From Octopus sinensis (lineage: Eukaryota): a stretch of DNA of 64,000 nt. The stretch is from positions 158,472,001 through 158,536,000 of the forward strand of contig NC_043000.1 in NCBI RefSeq assembly GCF_006345805.1, given 5' to 3'. Of this stretch, positions 38,745 to 51,648 are shown piece after piece; the stretch's first letter is position 1; each line of letters starts with the position of its first letter. The translations under genes were made by a program, and so were the position numbers. The notes beneath the pieces were generated by a model that saw nothing but the letters and a program-made list of their open reading frames with translations, was not told where the DNA came from and did no database searches.

Positions 38745-38910
38745 TTCCTTCTTCTTCTTCTTCTTCTTCTTCTTCTTCTTCTTCTTCTTCATTTCCTTCT
38801 TATTCTTCTTATTGTTCTTCTTCTTCTTCTTCTTCTTCTTCTTCTTCTTCTTCTTCTTCTTTTTCTTCTTCTTCTTCTTCTTCTTCTTCTTCTTCTTCTA
38901 CTCCTTCTTA
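38745..38910. repeat. (TTC)n microsatellite region
   Basis: Direct reading. Confidence 0.96.
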
Positions 38911-39049
38911 TTCTCCTCCTTCTTTCCTTGACAGTTAATTTTGTCATTATCTCTTCTTCCCTAACAAATCTTACGCAATAATCCTTTTTAATACTACATT
39001 ACTAACATATCATCGTTATTGTCATTATACATCACAAAAATAAGTTGGT

Positions 39050-39504
39050 GTACAGGCAGAATCGGTAGCACGCTTGTCAGTATGCTTAGCGGCATTACAT
39101 CCATATATATATGTTCGGACCTCAAATTCTTCCGCGGTCGACTTTGTCTTTCATCCTTTCGGATGTCAGTTGAGCGCTGGGGTGGATGTAATAGACTGAC
39201 TTTCTCCCTTGTACTTGCTATACATCTGGCAAAATTCGATACCATTATATATCACAATAATGTCGATTTATGATGTTATTATATATAAAAGTGGCTTCAA
39301 ATGTTGGTACCAGGCTAGCAATTGCAGGGAGGGGTAGCATGTCAGTTACATCGACCCTAACATTCAACTGGTACTTATTTTATCCTCCCCGAAAGGATGA
39401 ATGGTAAAGGTGACCTCGGCGGAATTTGAACCTACAATACAAAGACGGACGAAATTCCGTGAGCACTTTGTCCGGTATGTCACCCATTCTGCCTGCTCGC
39501 CGCC
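39050..39504. mobile_element. Two family D SINEs tail-to-tail (+ 39050-39243, - 39296-39504)
   Basis: Core gtcgactttgtctttcatcctttcgg on the plus strand and its complement ccgaaaggatgaa.ggtaaagg.gacc on the minus strand. Confidence 0.75.
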
Positions 39505-39554
39505 TTAATAACAACAACAACAACAACAACGACAAAAACAACAACAATCATAAT

Positions 39555-39603
<49 letters not shown>

Positions 39604-39606
<3 letters not shown>

Positions 39607-40623
39607 TCCCACATAACTGGTTACAAGATCTCTCCTGTGGCCTCCAAATTCTTATAGACCAGCATGGCAAAGTGGAATGCACGTCTCCATCTAAACGATA
39701 GTAGTGTGCTGAGCCAAACTAATAACATCAACATAAAAGGAAGTATCTTTTAAGGTGATTCATTCTCCCCATTACTCTTTTGCATGACAGTTAACAAATG
39801 CTAGAGTTCAGCAACAACATGGGGATGGATTTTAGCACACTTGATAAGTGTGCTAAAACAACTTTTAGGTGAGGAAAGCGCCAGCAAACAGCTTCCATTA
39901 AGTTTTATACTGACACTACCATCCGGGAGTTTAACCACAAGGAAGCAATAAATACCTTTTGATAAATGAATGCGACAGTATACAACAATTTTTTGTAGAA
40001 GGGGCAAATATGTGGCCTGTATCAAACAGGCTGCTGTAGCCCAGAAGCACAGTCATCAGTGGCTACGGAGCTCAAGACCAGAGCTTATTGACACAGAACT
40101 ATCAAGCAAATTTAATGAAAAATGGAGTAGACCCAATGTGCCAATATGGCAAAGCTGAGATTGAAATAGATGACTACCTAATCCTGGATGTAAACTTATA
40201 TTGCCAGCAGTGTATAAATCAAGACATGGACAGAATTGGCCAATATCTATACTGGATAATGAGTCGGCATTATAAAAGCAAAACTGCTGACAAGTAGTAC
40301 ATTCACCACCCTGAGACTGTAACTGAGGGAGAAAATATAACGAACTTTTGAGACTTTTCGCAAGAAATAGAAACAAAATTGAAAGAAGATAACTATAATG
40401 GTAATAGTAATCCTTTCTACTATACGCACAAGACATGACCTGTTTGGAGAGAGGGTAGTCGACTATATCAACCCCAGTTCTCAACTGGTACTTATTTCAT
40501 CGACCCCGAGAGGATGACATGCAAAGTCGGCCCCGGCGGAATTTGAACTCAAAACGTAAGGACGGACGAAATGCCGATAAGCATTTTCACCGACATGCTA
40601 ACAATTCTGGCAGCTCAATGCCC

Positions 40624-40661
<38 letters not shown>

Positions 40662-40955
40662 GCTCAGATACCAGGAAACCCTAGAATGTCAGAAACTCAA
40701 AAGAAATTCATAAGAAATGTCCATATCCTACATAAAATACTGTCTATGTAATCTCAAATTTTAAAAGAAACTTTTAAATTTCTTGTGGTTATTTCTAACA
40801 TTCTCTAGAAGATTACTCCATGTAAAACCAAATATATGACACCTTAGCCATAACGCCAACCTGCACATCTAACTAATTTTCTCTTGAGATCTCTGAGTGA
40901 GACTTGTAGTCAACTTGTACAAATAAAAATCAAAAGTCAAACATATAACAATAAT
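39604..40955 (+). mobile_element. 5'-truncated, internally deleted R4/Dong-clade LINE interrupted by a SINE
   Basis: GDSFSPLLFCM; decayed zinc-knuckle region TQNYQANLMKNGVDPMC..; RHYKSKTADK..HHPETVTEGENI (same family as 21094); QIPGNPRMSETQK after the SINE; 3' UTR ending gtcaaacatataacaataataac. Preceded by (AAC)/(AAT)n at 39507-39605. Confidence 0.85.
40411..40623 (-). mobile_element. SINE family D within the LINE, followed by (TAA)n 40624-40660
   Basis: Family D core and head on the minus strand. Confidence 0.85.
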
Positions 40956-40996
40956 AACAACGACAGTGGAATTTATCATGATGATATAGATGAATT

Positions 40997-41192
40997 TTGG
41001 AGATGTACTTGCATAGCAAGTGACCTGATCTGAGATCGTGCGCAGAAGCAAAAACAGTTGCAGCGTGGAAGGTGTTTATAAGACATTATAACACACACAA
41101 AAACCGTTAGATTCATTTCAACATTTAAATTTAATTTGCCAAAATATTTTCGTCGCTTTGAGACCGCGACCTGATCACTGAGAAAATTCCGT
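40997..41192 (-). mobile_element. PLE-type terminal repeat, family 2, second copy
   Basis: Aligns with 31476-31665 (ggagatgtacttgcatagcaagtga...). Confidence 0.7.
41135..41186 (-). ncRNA. Minimal type-I hammerhead-like ribozyme, G3:C8 core variant, second copy
   Basis: UUUCUCA GUGAUCA G GUCGC-GGUCUCAAA-GCGAC GAA AAUAUU U UGGCAAA; stem I has one G-U pair and one mismatch. Confidence 0.6.
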
Positions 41193-44100
41193 GCTTCATC
41201 CTAGAAAGATATAGATGAAGAATCCAATAAAATCTACGATTGTGAAGATCGCAGTATCAGGATGCTGGCGGCTCTGATAATTTACATAAATCCTCGACGT
41301 TGTTATGATCACTATATAATCATGTAGACCTATAAATCCTGTGACGGCATTTTAGTTCTTCCCTTCGTCTATATTTCGCGTATTAATCTCACTACAACCA
41401 CATTCGCCACCCACTTGAATTGAATCAAATTCTCTAAATGTATCTATAAAAGAAGAGAAAGAAATAAAAAGAAGATTGAATGAATTGCCACAGGTGAATT
41501 ATATTGTCAAACATTTTGTGAATTTTTTTTATTTGTTTCTGTATTTCTGTCAAATAGAAATTTGCACGAAATGGACCGATTGCTGTTTAGTTTGTAATAC
41601 GTGATGTTATAGCAAATGAGAAACTTGTTAATCCAAACTGTTTTTCTCTCTTTTTCCGCATAACTTCTTAAAATTTTAGAAAAATCATTACGATAATAAG
41701 AATGTACCGAGAAAAATAGAAATAAATGAAATTTTAAAGTGTAAATCAAATAAGTAAGTAGATACAAATTCCTAGAAAGATAAATGAGGGAAAGAGAAAA
41801 TTAAAAAATAGTTAAACTGTGATGTTTATAGAATCAAGCAACGCAGCTAGTTACAGCTATTGTAGGAGGGAACAGTAACAATCATCAGTACAATCATCTC
41901 GAAGTCATAAATTACGAAGGTCAGCTGCAAGAAACAAGATCAAGATTGAGAAATATCTATACGTAAAACGAAAATAAAGAGATATGTAAACATGCAATTA
42001 GAGAAAAAATTACATAGACAAGCAAGTACATGCACATACAAACACGCATAGGCATGCACACAAGCTCATATAAATAAATATATATATACACATAGAGAGA
42101 GAGAGAGAGGAAGAGCGAGAAATAGGGAGAGTGAATGTGTATGAGAGAGTGAGAGAAGGGAGAGAGAGAGTTGGGTGAGACATCACCAAGAATACACAGT
42201 TACAAAATTTTATTTATGATAATAACCAGACCAGAAAACCACTTTACTTCGAGAGGCATTGCATTAAACATGAATACAATTCAACTATCAGAATGAAAAA
42301 CAATCTTTAGAAAACTATAAAACCCAAAACAAATTTGAGAAAAGTTAATTAATCATGCACTTTAAAAAAATATTTAAGCATTTATTTTTGTTTTCTATTT
42401 AGATTCAAAGGAATTTTAATCTCAGAGAGAGAGAGATAATATCTATTGACGTATTACATCTACGGAGCACGATGGATTATATTTTCTTAATCAAATTAAC
42501 TTGGTGATTTCTTTTATTTATGTATATTTTTCACTGTTTGTTTTTGCTTTCTTTTTATTTCTCAATCTGTTCTTGCTGCTATTGTTTACATTTATAATAA
42601 AGAACATGTTTGTTTCTTCCTGAACAGATAGCATGTAAGTGTAAATGTTTGTACTTTTCTGAAAATAAAAATGTTCGATCAATATCTATTGAAACTTTTT
42701 TTGATCTGGTGTCGTTTATTTTATATCTGGGGCAGATTCCAGTAGTTATTTACGATGGCAATAAATATTTGCAATTACTGTGCATGTGGCAGTGGAGTGT
42801 TTCACTGATTACTTATTAGTGTAACTGGAATGTGGACAAAGATTCCAGAATTTCCAGCTATGATTTGTGGGTTTCTATGTGGGCCACAAAATTAATGATG
42901 TATATAGAGAAGAATAAATACTAACTTATACAACAAATTCGTCTTGAAGTCTAAGTAAATGTCTACAGCCTCTTGGCAGTAGCTGCCAGATTTAGAGACA
43001 ATTTTAAAAGACACATATGATCGTCATTAAGACATGCTTAGTCATTTGGCTATGCTAAATGAAATTATATCGAGTGCATAAATATAAGAAAAGGTTTGAT
43101 TATAACCACTGAAATTAGATAATGTCTATAACAGCCAAAATAATTTTAGTGACTGTTGTAGATTTTTAAGCAAAATTTGAAAGCAAATTGTCATTACGTA
43201 TGAGCAAGAAAATCCGTTGAGGTTGCAGACATGACACTCTTCAAATGAACGAGAAAGTTGTTCTAGTACAATTTTGAGTTGAAAATACAATGGATACGGA
43301 CCGGCGGATTTCCCGTTGTTAAATTAAAACAATTGACAGTGAGAGGAAAGAAATATTCTGCAGAAGATGGATGCATGCAACCAAGATGAAGTTAATATAA
43401 AACCTCTAATCTCATGGCCAATATGGGTGAGTATTGGAAAGTGATCTATCATGGAACATGCTGTGATATTGAACGAATTAGTTTGCGATGGGTTTTGACA
43501 GCGGTGTACTAAAAATAGATGTTCATATCAACCAGCCGGGTCAGTTCTTCTGATATTAATCACGGTTGGCAACAGAGGTGAGAAGCAGTACTTTGGATTT
43601 TCATTCTAGAACATACCTCTTTAAACAAGCAATGGTATCTGGAACTGATGCAAGAGGACCAATGCTCTTATGCATACGATAAGATGACGACAGCCACTAT
43701 GGAAATCTAGGAGGCCTAGTTAAATCTACGATATAAATGCCTACAGAATTCTCCCCACAATATTCTGCTGCAGTACTACCATAAGGAGAGGATGAGCCTG
43801 TTGGTGAAATCGCGTTGCAAACGTTCCGAAACAGATCCCAATAAATCATTTTGAAAGTTCTACAAAGAGAGAAAGAATCCGAGCAGTAAAAGCGGATACC
43901 ATGAAATATATTAACAAGTCTGCACTGTCTGTTGTTAAACAAACTTCAGCTCGATGAGGGAACCAAACCTCTAGATCCCCAAATCTTCCATTCCTTGTCA
44001 AAGACCATATGCTAAAATTTACCTCAAAACCATCCATTATGCTCACCTGCCCCAGGTACTTTTGCTAACGCATATAAGGAGAGTTAATAAGATAATAAAA

Positions 44101-45355
44101 TGTTGCAGTTTTTATGTAATCCAGGTAGTTCTTTGCCGAAACGAGTGTATACTTTACAAAGTAATTAGGCTATCGTGTGGTATTCCGTACACTAGGCAGA
44201 CTTGTCACTTGATGCCTCGTGTCATATATCGCTGTAAGATTGCATTGTGAAATCTATTACTGAGCCCCAAATTAACACACACACACACACACACACACTC
44301 ACTCACTCACACACACACACGCACGCACACACACACACATGCACGAATGTGTGTGCGCGTGTCAGAAAAGTGGCATATATTACAAATTTTTTGCAAAATA
44401 CCACAGCCCTATTAATATTAGTCATTTTCCTATCCATTTCTTTGTAGAATGTTACAAGAATGTTACATATGTGTATTCCTTTGACAATTAGCTAGTAAAT
44501 TCAAAGAAATGCACCAATCAATGATCTATATATATTCTGATAATGTATTAATAATTGAGTATTTACGTCAGTAGAAGTTAGATTTCAAGAAATTTTACAG
44601 TTTTTTTTCCTGGAATAATATATCCAATATAGACTAAAATTGTTTTCCATGAATATTTAAATTTCTCAAACTTCAAGTTCTTCAACCAAATGGAAAGAAA
44701 AATATCGATTTTCTCTAACACTACACAATCATTTTCTAAAACCCTTCACGAACCTTACCATTTATTATTTCCCAGTATAAGACCACTAATACCCCATTTG
44801 AGCTTTAGATGTTTAATCCACAAAATAGCGGTTTTACTGATTTTTATTTTGTCCGGTTATAATATTTCAGTTTATTTATGAGTTTTACAATAACTGGTCT
44901 GGGCCACCCACCGGCCATATTTCGATTTCTATACCATAAGCCACTTGTAATACATATCTGTCACACCTTATCCTTCTTGCTTCAACTTCATAAATTAATT
45001 CTTCTTAGTGTTTCTTTAGGTGAACAATTTATGGCAGGCATATTACCATTTTTCTCATTTCCCGAGCAATCTTTTATATCCAAAAGCAATTAAAATATAG
45101 ATTGTTCATGCAAAGATTTCATTTTTTGTGAAGATTGCTTGAGTAAGACTGTAATATAGCAACACGTCAAGCTGTTGCCATGCTCAACCGTGACAAATTT
45201 CGGCGTAGACATTCAACATAGACTTAACAATTTCGTTTCGCTTACTTCTTGTGACAGAGATTTCTAACCGTAGTCCATAATCGCATTTCCGTCACAGTGT
45301 TTTACTCTCTACACACTTCACAATTACGAACGAAATGACGACCAGCATTTTACAG

Positions 45356-45427
45356 ACAATTGCAGTGATGGTAATTGCATAAGTATGAACATTAGCACCT
45401 GCACCACTGACGGGAGGAGTTCAACCG
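45356..45427 (+). CDS. Candidate internal exon (72 nt, phase 1-1), Cys-rich
   Basis: Acceptor cattttacag|, donor CCG|GTAAGT. Only one frame is open: NCSDGNCISMNISTCTTDGRSST. Confidence 0.4.
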
Positions 45428-45989
45428 GTAAGTTAGGAGAACTATCACATTCACTAACATGGAAGAGCAGCTAGAACCCGATAACCAAGCGTTAACAGGA
45501 TCTCACACACATTAACTAGAACAAGCTATAAAAACTTTCACCTGAATCATATGGCAACATTTTTAATGGAGACAAGGAATTATATATGAAATGATAGCAC
45601 CAAAGCATTTAAGGTTCTTCTGAAATAAAATATTATGCACCAAAAATGAACGGTCGTTATACAAAATAAGAACAATAATGAATCAGAAGTTACGATGCTT
45701 TCGAATACAAGACCTAACAAAATGTCGCAGGGGCATTTAGGAATCCTTAAAATCATAGTACCTGATTCAATCATTTGAGGGCTAAGTTGATCTATTCTCC
45801 TGTTTCCTATGCTACTTGACATGGCCATATTAAAAGTATGTTGTAAAGATGCTCGTAGTCTGGGATCTGCATAAAACATTATTTGCTTTCTTAATGAACT
45901 CAGATGCCTGTGTATGCAATTGATGCCATCAAACTTTCTCCAAATTGTAGAAATGCACGCACTCACTCACGCCTCATTTGTATTAAAGC

Positions 45990-46192
45990 GGCAAGTCGGT
46001 AGTTCCGTTAGTACGCAGAACAAATCGATTACCAACATTTAGTCCGTGTTTACGTGCTAATTTGTAGCCAAGGTCGGTGAATCCTTTCATTCTTTCGGGG
46101 TTGATAAAACAGGTGGCTGTCAAGTATTGGGGTCGATGGTATCGACTTCCCCTCTACACAGAAATGGCTGGACCAGTGCCAAAATTTGAAAG
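45990..46192 (+). mobile_element. Old family D SINE
   Basis: Decayed core aggtcggtgaatcctttcattctttcggggttgataaa and tail gtgccaaaatttgaaa. Confidence 0.65.
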
Positions 46193-46780
46193 CGTTATCG
46201 TTATCTTTATTTTTAAAACAGTGAGACATCCAATCGTTACAACACCGGAAAGCCGGAAAGAAACTGTTTACCTTTTATCCTTTAGTGTTAAAAAAGAGAA
46301 TACGCGTCAAATATTGGGGATAATGGTGTGGTTAAACCTTTCTCATAAAATTGTTACCCTTTTACTAGTATTTTAAACCATAATTATAACGTTTGCATAA
46401 AGGTAGAGACATGAATAATTTTGTTCAAAGATTATGCATGACAGAATATAATCCAGAACGATAGAATTTCGCGCCATACATCATTAAAACTTTCCAGTAT
46501 GCACATAACTATATTTTAAAACTTGTGATTCGTCATTGAATAAGAATATATAGTTGATATATTGGTACCGTTTAGCATTTAGCAAGTTAGTTTGTGTCTT
46601 TTAATTGATTATGTAGAAGAGAATCGGTTTATAAAGAGAAAGTGGAACATGTAAGCTGGGAAATAGATTAGTAAAAACTATTTTTGTCTAGCGTACTCTC
46701 AAAGAGGTTTGATCTCAGTGCCGCTATCTACCGCAACACTCGTGTGTTTCTCCGTACTCTTGGTGTAAACATAAACGATG

Positions 46781-46825
<45 letters not shown>

Positions 46826-48720
46826 TGCATTCAATCATTGAATAATAAAGAAATATCTTGCTTATAACAATTAGGGAAATGCTAGCTTCAAGACAGAAGT
46901 GTCGGTAGAAGAGCTGCAATTAATCTCGACTATCGAATAAATTTATATGTGGAAAATATAAAATGTACAGAGTGTATATCCTTTTATTCAATATTTTGAA
47001 ATATTATGCATGCAAGTATGTTATATCTCCATAATCATTTGCGAAATATATATTTTAGCAAACGAATAACAAAGTATAGGCAAAGTGAAATAAAGGTACA
47101 CATATAGTTCCGGAGTAAAATATTCAACATTCTGATCGTCAATAGACGAATGTTGTTGTCATGTTGCTCAGCGATTTAAACATTTTGGATTCAGTAATAA
47201 TTGGTTGGGAATACCGACCAAACGTATCATTATATCTTCATTGTGATACAAATCAATACGTATGCATTTTACTTATGACTCACGTTATGCAAATCCAAAA
47301 ATTAAGGATTGGAATCTTATACTGAATTCTGTTTCCAAGAAAATTGTCATAGCTGTATATCTTAATTTGTTCTTAATTCTGAATATCTCTCGCTATGTAA
47401 TATCTAAAGATTACATGACGTGCACAAAAATTCAAAATAATTTGTAGTTTTATCTTACGGCTCTTTCAACTGAAAACGTCATTGAAGATGAGAAAATAAG
47501 TCTTTTCCTGCCCAATTATTTTCGGCGTATCAAACTCTTAGTATTTTCCTATTCTCCGTTCATTTTTTAAAACTATTGTATGTAATGTCAATAAATAGGT
47601 ATTCCTATGGATGTCGTACTTATTGTTTATGCAGTTTCATCGTGCAGGCATTTTGTTTTGTTTCGTTTTCATATATATATAGTGAGAGAGAGAGAGAGAG
47701 AGATAGAGGGGGGGTCAAACACATACATACTCATGCAACAAATACAACAAATAGAGATCTTAGAATATGGTCAAATCCTAACTGTTCGGCTCTTATAAAT
47801 TAGAATGAATTCCAGCAGATTAAAAGTATCAAAAGGTTACTTTAAATATCATAGGTTTTTGGAAGTATGTTGCTCGGGCTGTTTTCGATAATGAGTTATA
47901 CTGGATTTGATTACCTGGTTTCATTTAATATCTGTAATATGCTGTAATTACTCGCCTTTTGTCATGCAGCTCACAATCACTAGTATAAAGAAATCATTTT
48001 TAAGCAGAAAATCTCGGAAATAAAGAATATAATAAATGCACTTTAGATTAATCGATGCAAGCTGTTGTAGAGTTTTAATTTTCGAAAGCAATTATCACGT
48101 ATCCTTCCGTAAATAAAATCCTAGTATATGTAATATGGTAGCTTTAAAGCATTATGAGATGTTGCTCCATAGCGTATCCAAGTACATGTATCCTTGCTTT
48201 CACCCTTTCTTCCAAAACCATGAATATATTCGCAAATCACGTTGTTATCCTGCAATGAACTTCGGTTTTCATGCTTCCTAGAGAGAAGGAATATATGACT
48301 CGCTTTGTCAGTCATAAAACAAATATCTGCATGCGATAAGAATCAGTCAAGGATTTTCTGAGAAATTAATAATGAAGGATTATGTTAATATTTTCAATTT
48401 TATCTTATCTCAGGAACTTCCATTCTCAACTGTTATTGAAATTCTTATATTTATGTATTTTCTCACTTAAGTTTGGATTATATATTGCATTTGTTCTGAT
48501 TTTGTTTTATTCGATTTATATCTATGGGCTGTTATATTAAGATCGATATATATGGTCCATTTTTCTATTTCCTAGTGACATATTTATAATTAATTTTGAT
48601 TAAATTTGTCGTTCAAATCATTTAATGCTTGTAAGCTTCATGAAATTGTTTCTGTATAATATTTTATTGATGGCACATTTTTCTCCACAATAATTTTACT
48701 CAGAGGGAGAACAATGACCG

Positions 48721-48984
48721 ATGGACATAGTAGATTCTTATACAGAGGAACAGCGAATGAATGAAGATCTGTTTGGGATTGACTATTTTCGCTTTTATAA
48801 AAATGTTGAAATCTGTAAAATGAATAACAGTGACTTAAAGAATATCGATTTACTGAGACTTGTCAGTTACTGTGAACAAACTCCTTATGGTGGGAAACAA
48901 CTAGAATATGGTCACTTTATAAAAAATTTGAGAAAATATAGACGGGATCTATTCTTTGAACGAATTGGTGAAAGCAGCAGATAG
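48721..48984 (+). CDS. Complex-sequence 87-aa ORF; possible first coding exon, product unknown
   Basis: Non-repetitive, protein-like composition; upstream acceptor ttttactcag| (~48702); in-frame stop just before the ATG; possible donor TTG|GTGAAA near the end. Confidence 0.35.
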   Translation: MDIVDSYTEEQRMNEDLFGIDYFRFYKNVEICKMNNSDLKNIDLLRLVSYCEQTPYGGKQLEYGHFIKNLRKYRRDLFFERIGESSR

Positions 48985-50723
48985 GTGTCATTCATGACTT
49001 TCATACTGCTGCTGCTGATGATGATGGCGTTCAAAATGACAATTATTAGAATGATGAACATAAACATCATAGCCAGCACGATGTTTAGGGAATTATCGAT
49101 GTTGTTATTAAGAATTATTGGAATACTGTAATTGAATGCAATAGTCACGGTGATGATGACGACGATTGCTTCCGACAATGACTATAACTCTGACGTGACT
49201 TTTCTTGTTGCTGCTGCTGCCATAATTACTTTTACTGCTACTATTACTACCGGTGTTAATGATAATGACTAATTTATTATTGTCTCGCTCAATATAGGTT
49301 GGCAGAAACAAAATATATTTCGTACCTGGTGCATCATTAAAATTAAGTTGAATTATATTTTTGGAACGTAGCGTACGTCGGCTTCATATTGTTTGCCGAA
49401 ATCATATTAGACATATTTAGATCTATAGGCGATTTTAGAATTCAACTGGAGAAACATTCACATAAGCGGCATGAGGTCTTCAAAGGGAAAAAAGCTGAAT
49501 AAGAATTATTAAATAGCGAAATAGACGAATTAATAAAGACAGATATTTTATTTAGAGATATAGAAAAGGATTATAAGAGTGGAAGAGTAAAAAAGTAAAG
49601 GAAGCACTAAGCTCACACACGATGAGACGCGCACACTCTCACGTATATTGATACATGCAAGTAAGTAAATGTGTAACTTGATTACAGAAATATTAAAAGT
49701 AAAGATAGAGAAGTAAGCAATATTGATAAATAGATACATAGATATATAGACATATAGTTGAAAGGAATTTTATGAGAGAAAGGACGAAGGAAATCAAGAA
49801 AAGAAAATTATACCATTATGAAAAAAAGAATTATAGTAATGAGTAGAGAATAAGAGAGAAAATGGAAGACAAAAGTAAGGAGAAAACCGTTAAAAGAGAG
49901 GAGATAAACGGACAACTGATATGAAGAATGAATGCAAGGAAAGAATTCTAAACGGAAAGAAAATAAACTAGATATATACAAAAAAAATACGAAAAACTGG
50001 AAACACCACTGAACAAAATAAGAAAACATTATCATGAATCAGAGAAGTAGGAGAGAGAGAGAGATAGAAATGAATAAATATTTCTCTGTGAATGGATGAG
50101 CTGAGGAAAGAGATTAAAGTGTTGAAAAGGAGAGTAATGAAATAGATAACGAAAGGAAGTACAAATAAATATGGAAGTGAAAACAGTAACGAAGATAAAT
50201 ATATGAAAGATAAAGAAATCAGTGAAAATATGGAAAAGAGAATAAAGGAACTATAAAAATAGAGGTTGAAATATTTATATAAGATAAATATCAAAAGAAA
50301 TATTTGTCGTGCTAAATACACAAATTAGAAGCAAGTCAGGGAAAGGAATACAGAAAAAAAATGATGATAAATAATGAATGTAGCGATAACCATCCCCACC
50401 TCGTAAACAAAAGCAATAAAACAGTAAAAGTATTACTTTTCACAAATCAATAAATTGCTAGTAACCATAATGGCATCCCAGGCAACGCTGGAATTCATCT
50501 GGCAAAACCTACTGTCATACTAAATTCACGTGAAGAGTTTCTTGTTTGCTTTAAGGTGTATTTCCATGTTTTACATATTGAAAGAAATGATAAGTCTTGG
50601 GTTTAAAAACCAGAAAGTTTGTTTCTTTTGGGGAAAATATTTTCAAAAGTACGAGACGCTCTAAATTTGAAAAGGAAACTATGAGCACTCCAGTACATTA
50701 AATCTGTTCATTGAAATTCTATT

Positions 50724-51648
50724 TGAGTGGCTGTATGGTGAGAAGCTTGCCTCCCAGCCACATTGTTCGAGGTTCAGTCCCTCTGCGCAGTACCCTGGAA
50801 AAATAGTTTCTACTATTACCGATCAAAGCCGTGTGAATGGATTTTGTAGACGGAAACTGAAAGAAGTCTGTATATAATGTACTGGTAAGATCAACAAAAA
50901 AGTACTCCACCTGGTGAGAGATAAATATTATTTAATTGACACAATACAAGTTTTCGTGTGCTACTAGTAGTTTCATATGTTGAGAAATACTCATCAGGCA
51001 CAAACCATATATAAAGAACTAGGAATTGAAGGAGAGGATAAATGTATAAAATGTTAAGAGAGTTATACACCTTAGTACTTAAATTATAAGGCTGGAAATA
51101 TATCAACAAGCTAATCAAGTATAGTCAGAATTTTCCAATTCTTCAAAATGTACTTAGACATATGTTTACAACCGCTGAAAATTTCCGATCTAGAGTTTAG
51201 TAGTGTGTTACGTATCTTAGATCTGAAAAAGATCTGAGTTCTTTCAGCTAAACATAGCTTACATTTGTTTGATCCATTAACATAAGGTGTGGCTTTTTCA
51301 ATTAATCTCCACTTAATCACATGTGGTATTGCGTTAGATTTCAAAATGCATAGGTATATGTATGTACACACACATATATATACATGCATACATACATTAA
51401 TACATACATATATGTATGTGTGTCTGTGTGCGTACGCGCTTGTGTGTGTATGTGAGTGAGTTTTTGCGTCTGCATTTGACAACAGGTGCTGGTATCATTG
51501 CAATCCTGTAACTCAGCGGCTCCGCCAAATAGGCCGAAAGAAGTACCAGGCTTTAAAAGTGTAATTGAGTCGATACATTCGACTAAAAATTATTCAAGGC
51601 GATGCCACAGCATGGCAACAGACAAATGACTGAAACAAGTAAAAAAGA
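50724..51648 (+). mobile_element. SINE family C split by an insertion in its internal microsatellite
   Basis: Head and body at 50724-50878; TG tract and tail at ~51430-51648. Confidence 0.75.
51125..51345 (-). mobile_element. Penelope GIY-YIG endonuclease C-terminal fragment
   Basis: IKWRLIEKATPYVNGSNKCKLCLAE...LLNSRSEIFSGCKHMSKYIL matches the PLE W.I+..A.PY..GS..C.LCL.E...LLN.RSE+.S.CRH pattern. Confidence 0.85.

Noticed and set aside
48990-50380. Hydrophobic I/F/L-rich minus-strand ORFs resembling membrane proteins
   Set aside because: They derive from degenerate triplet repeats and a purine-skewed low-complexity tract; compositional artefact.
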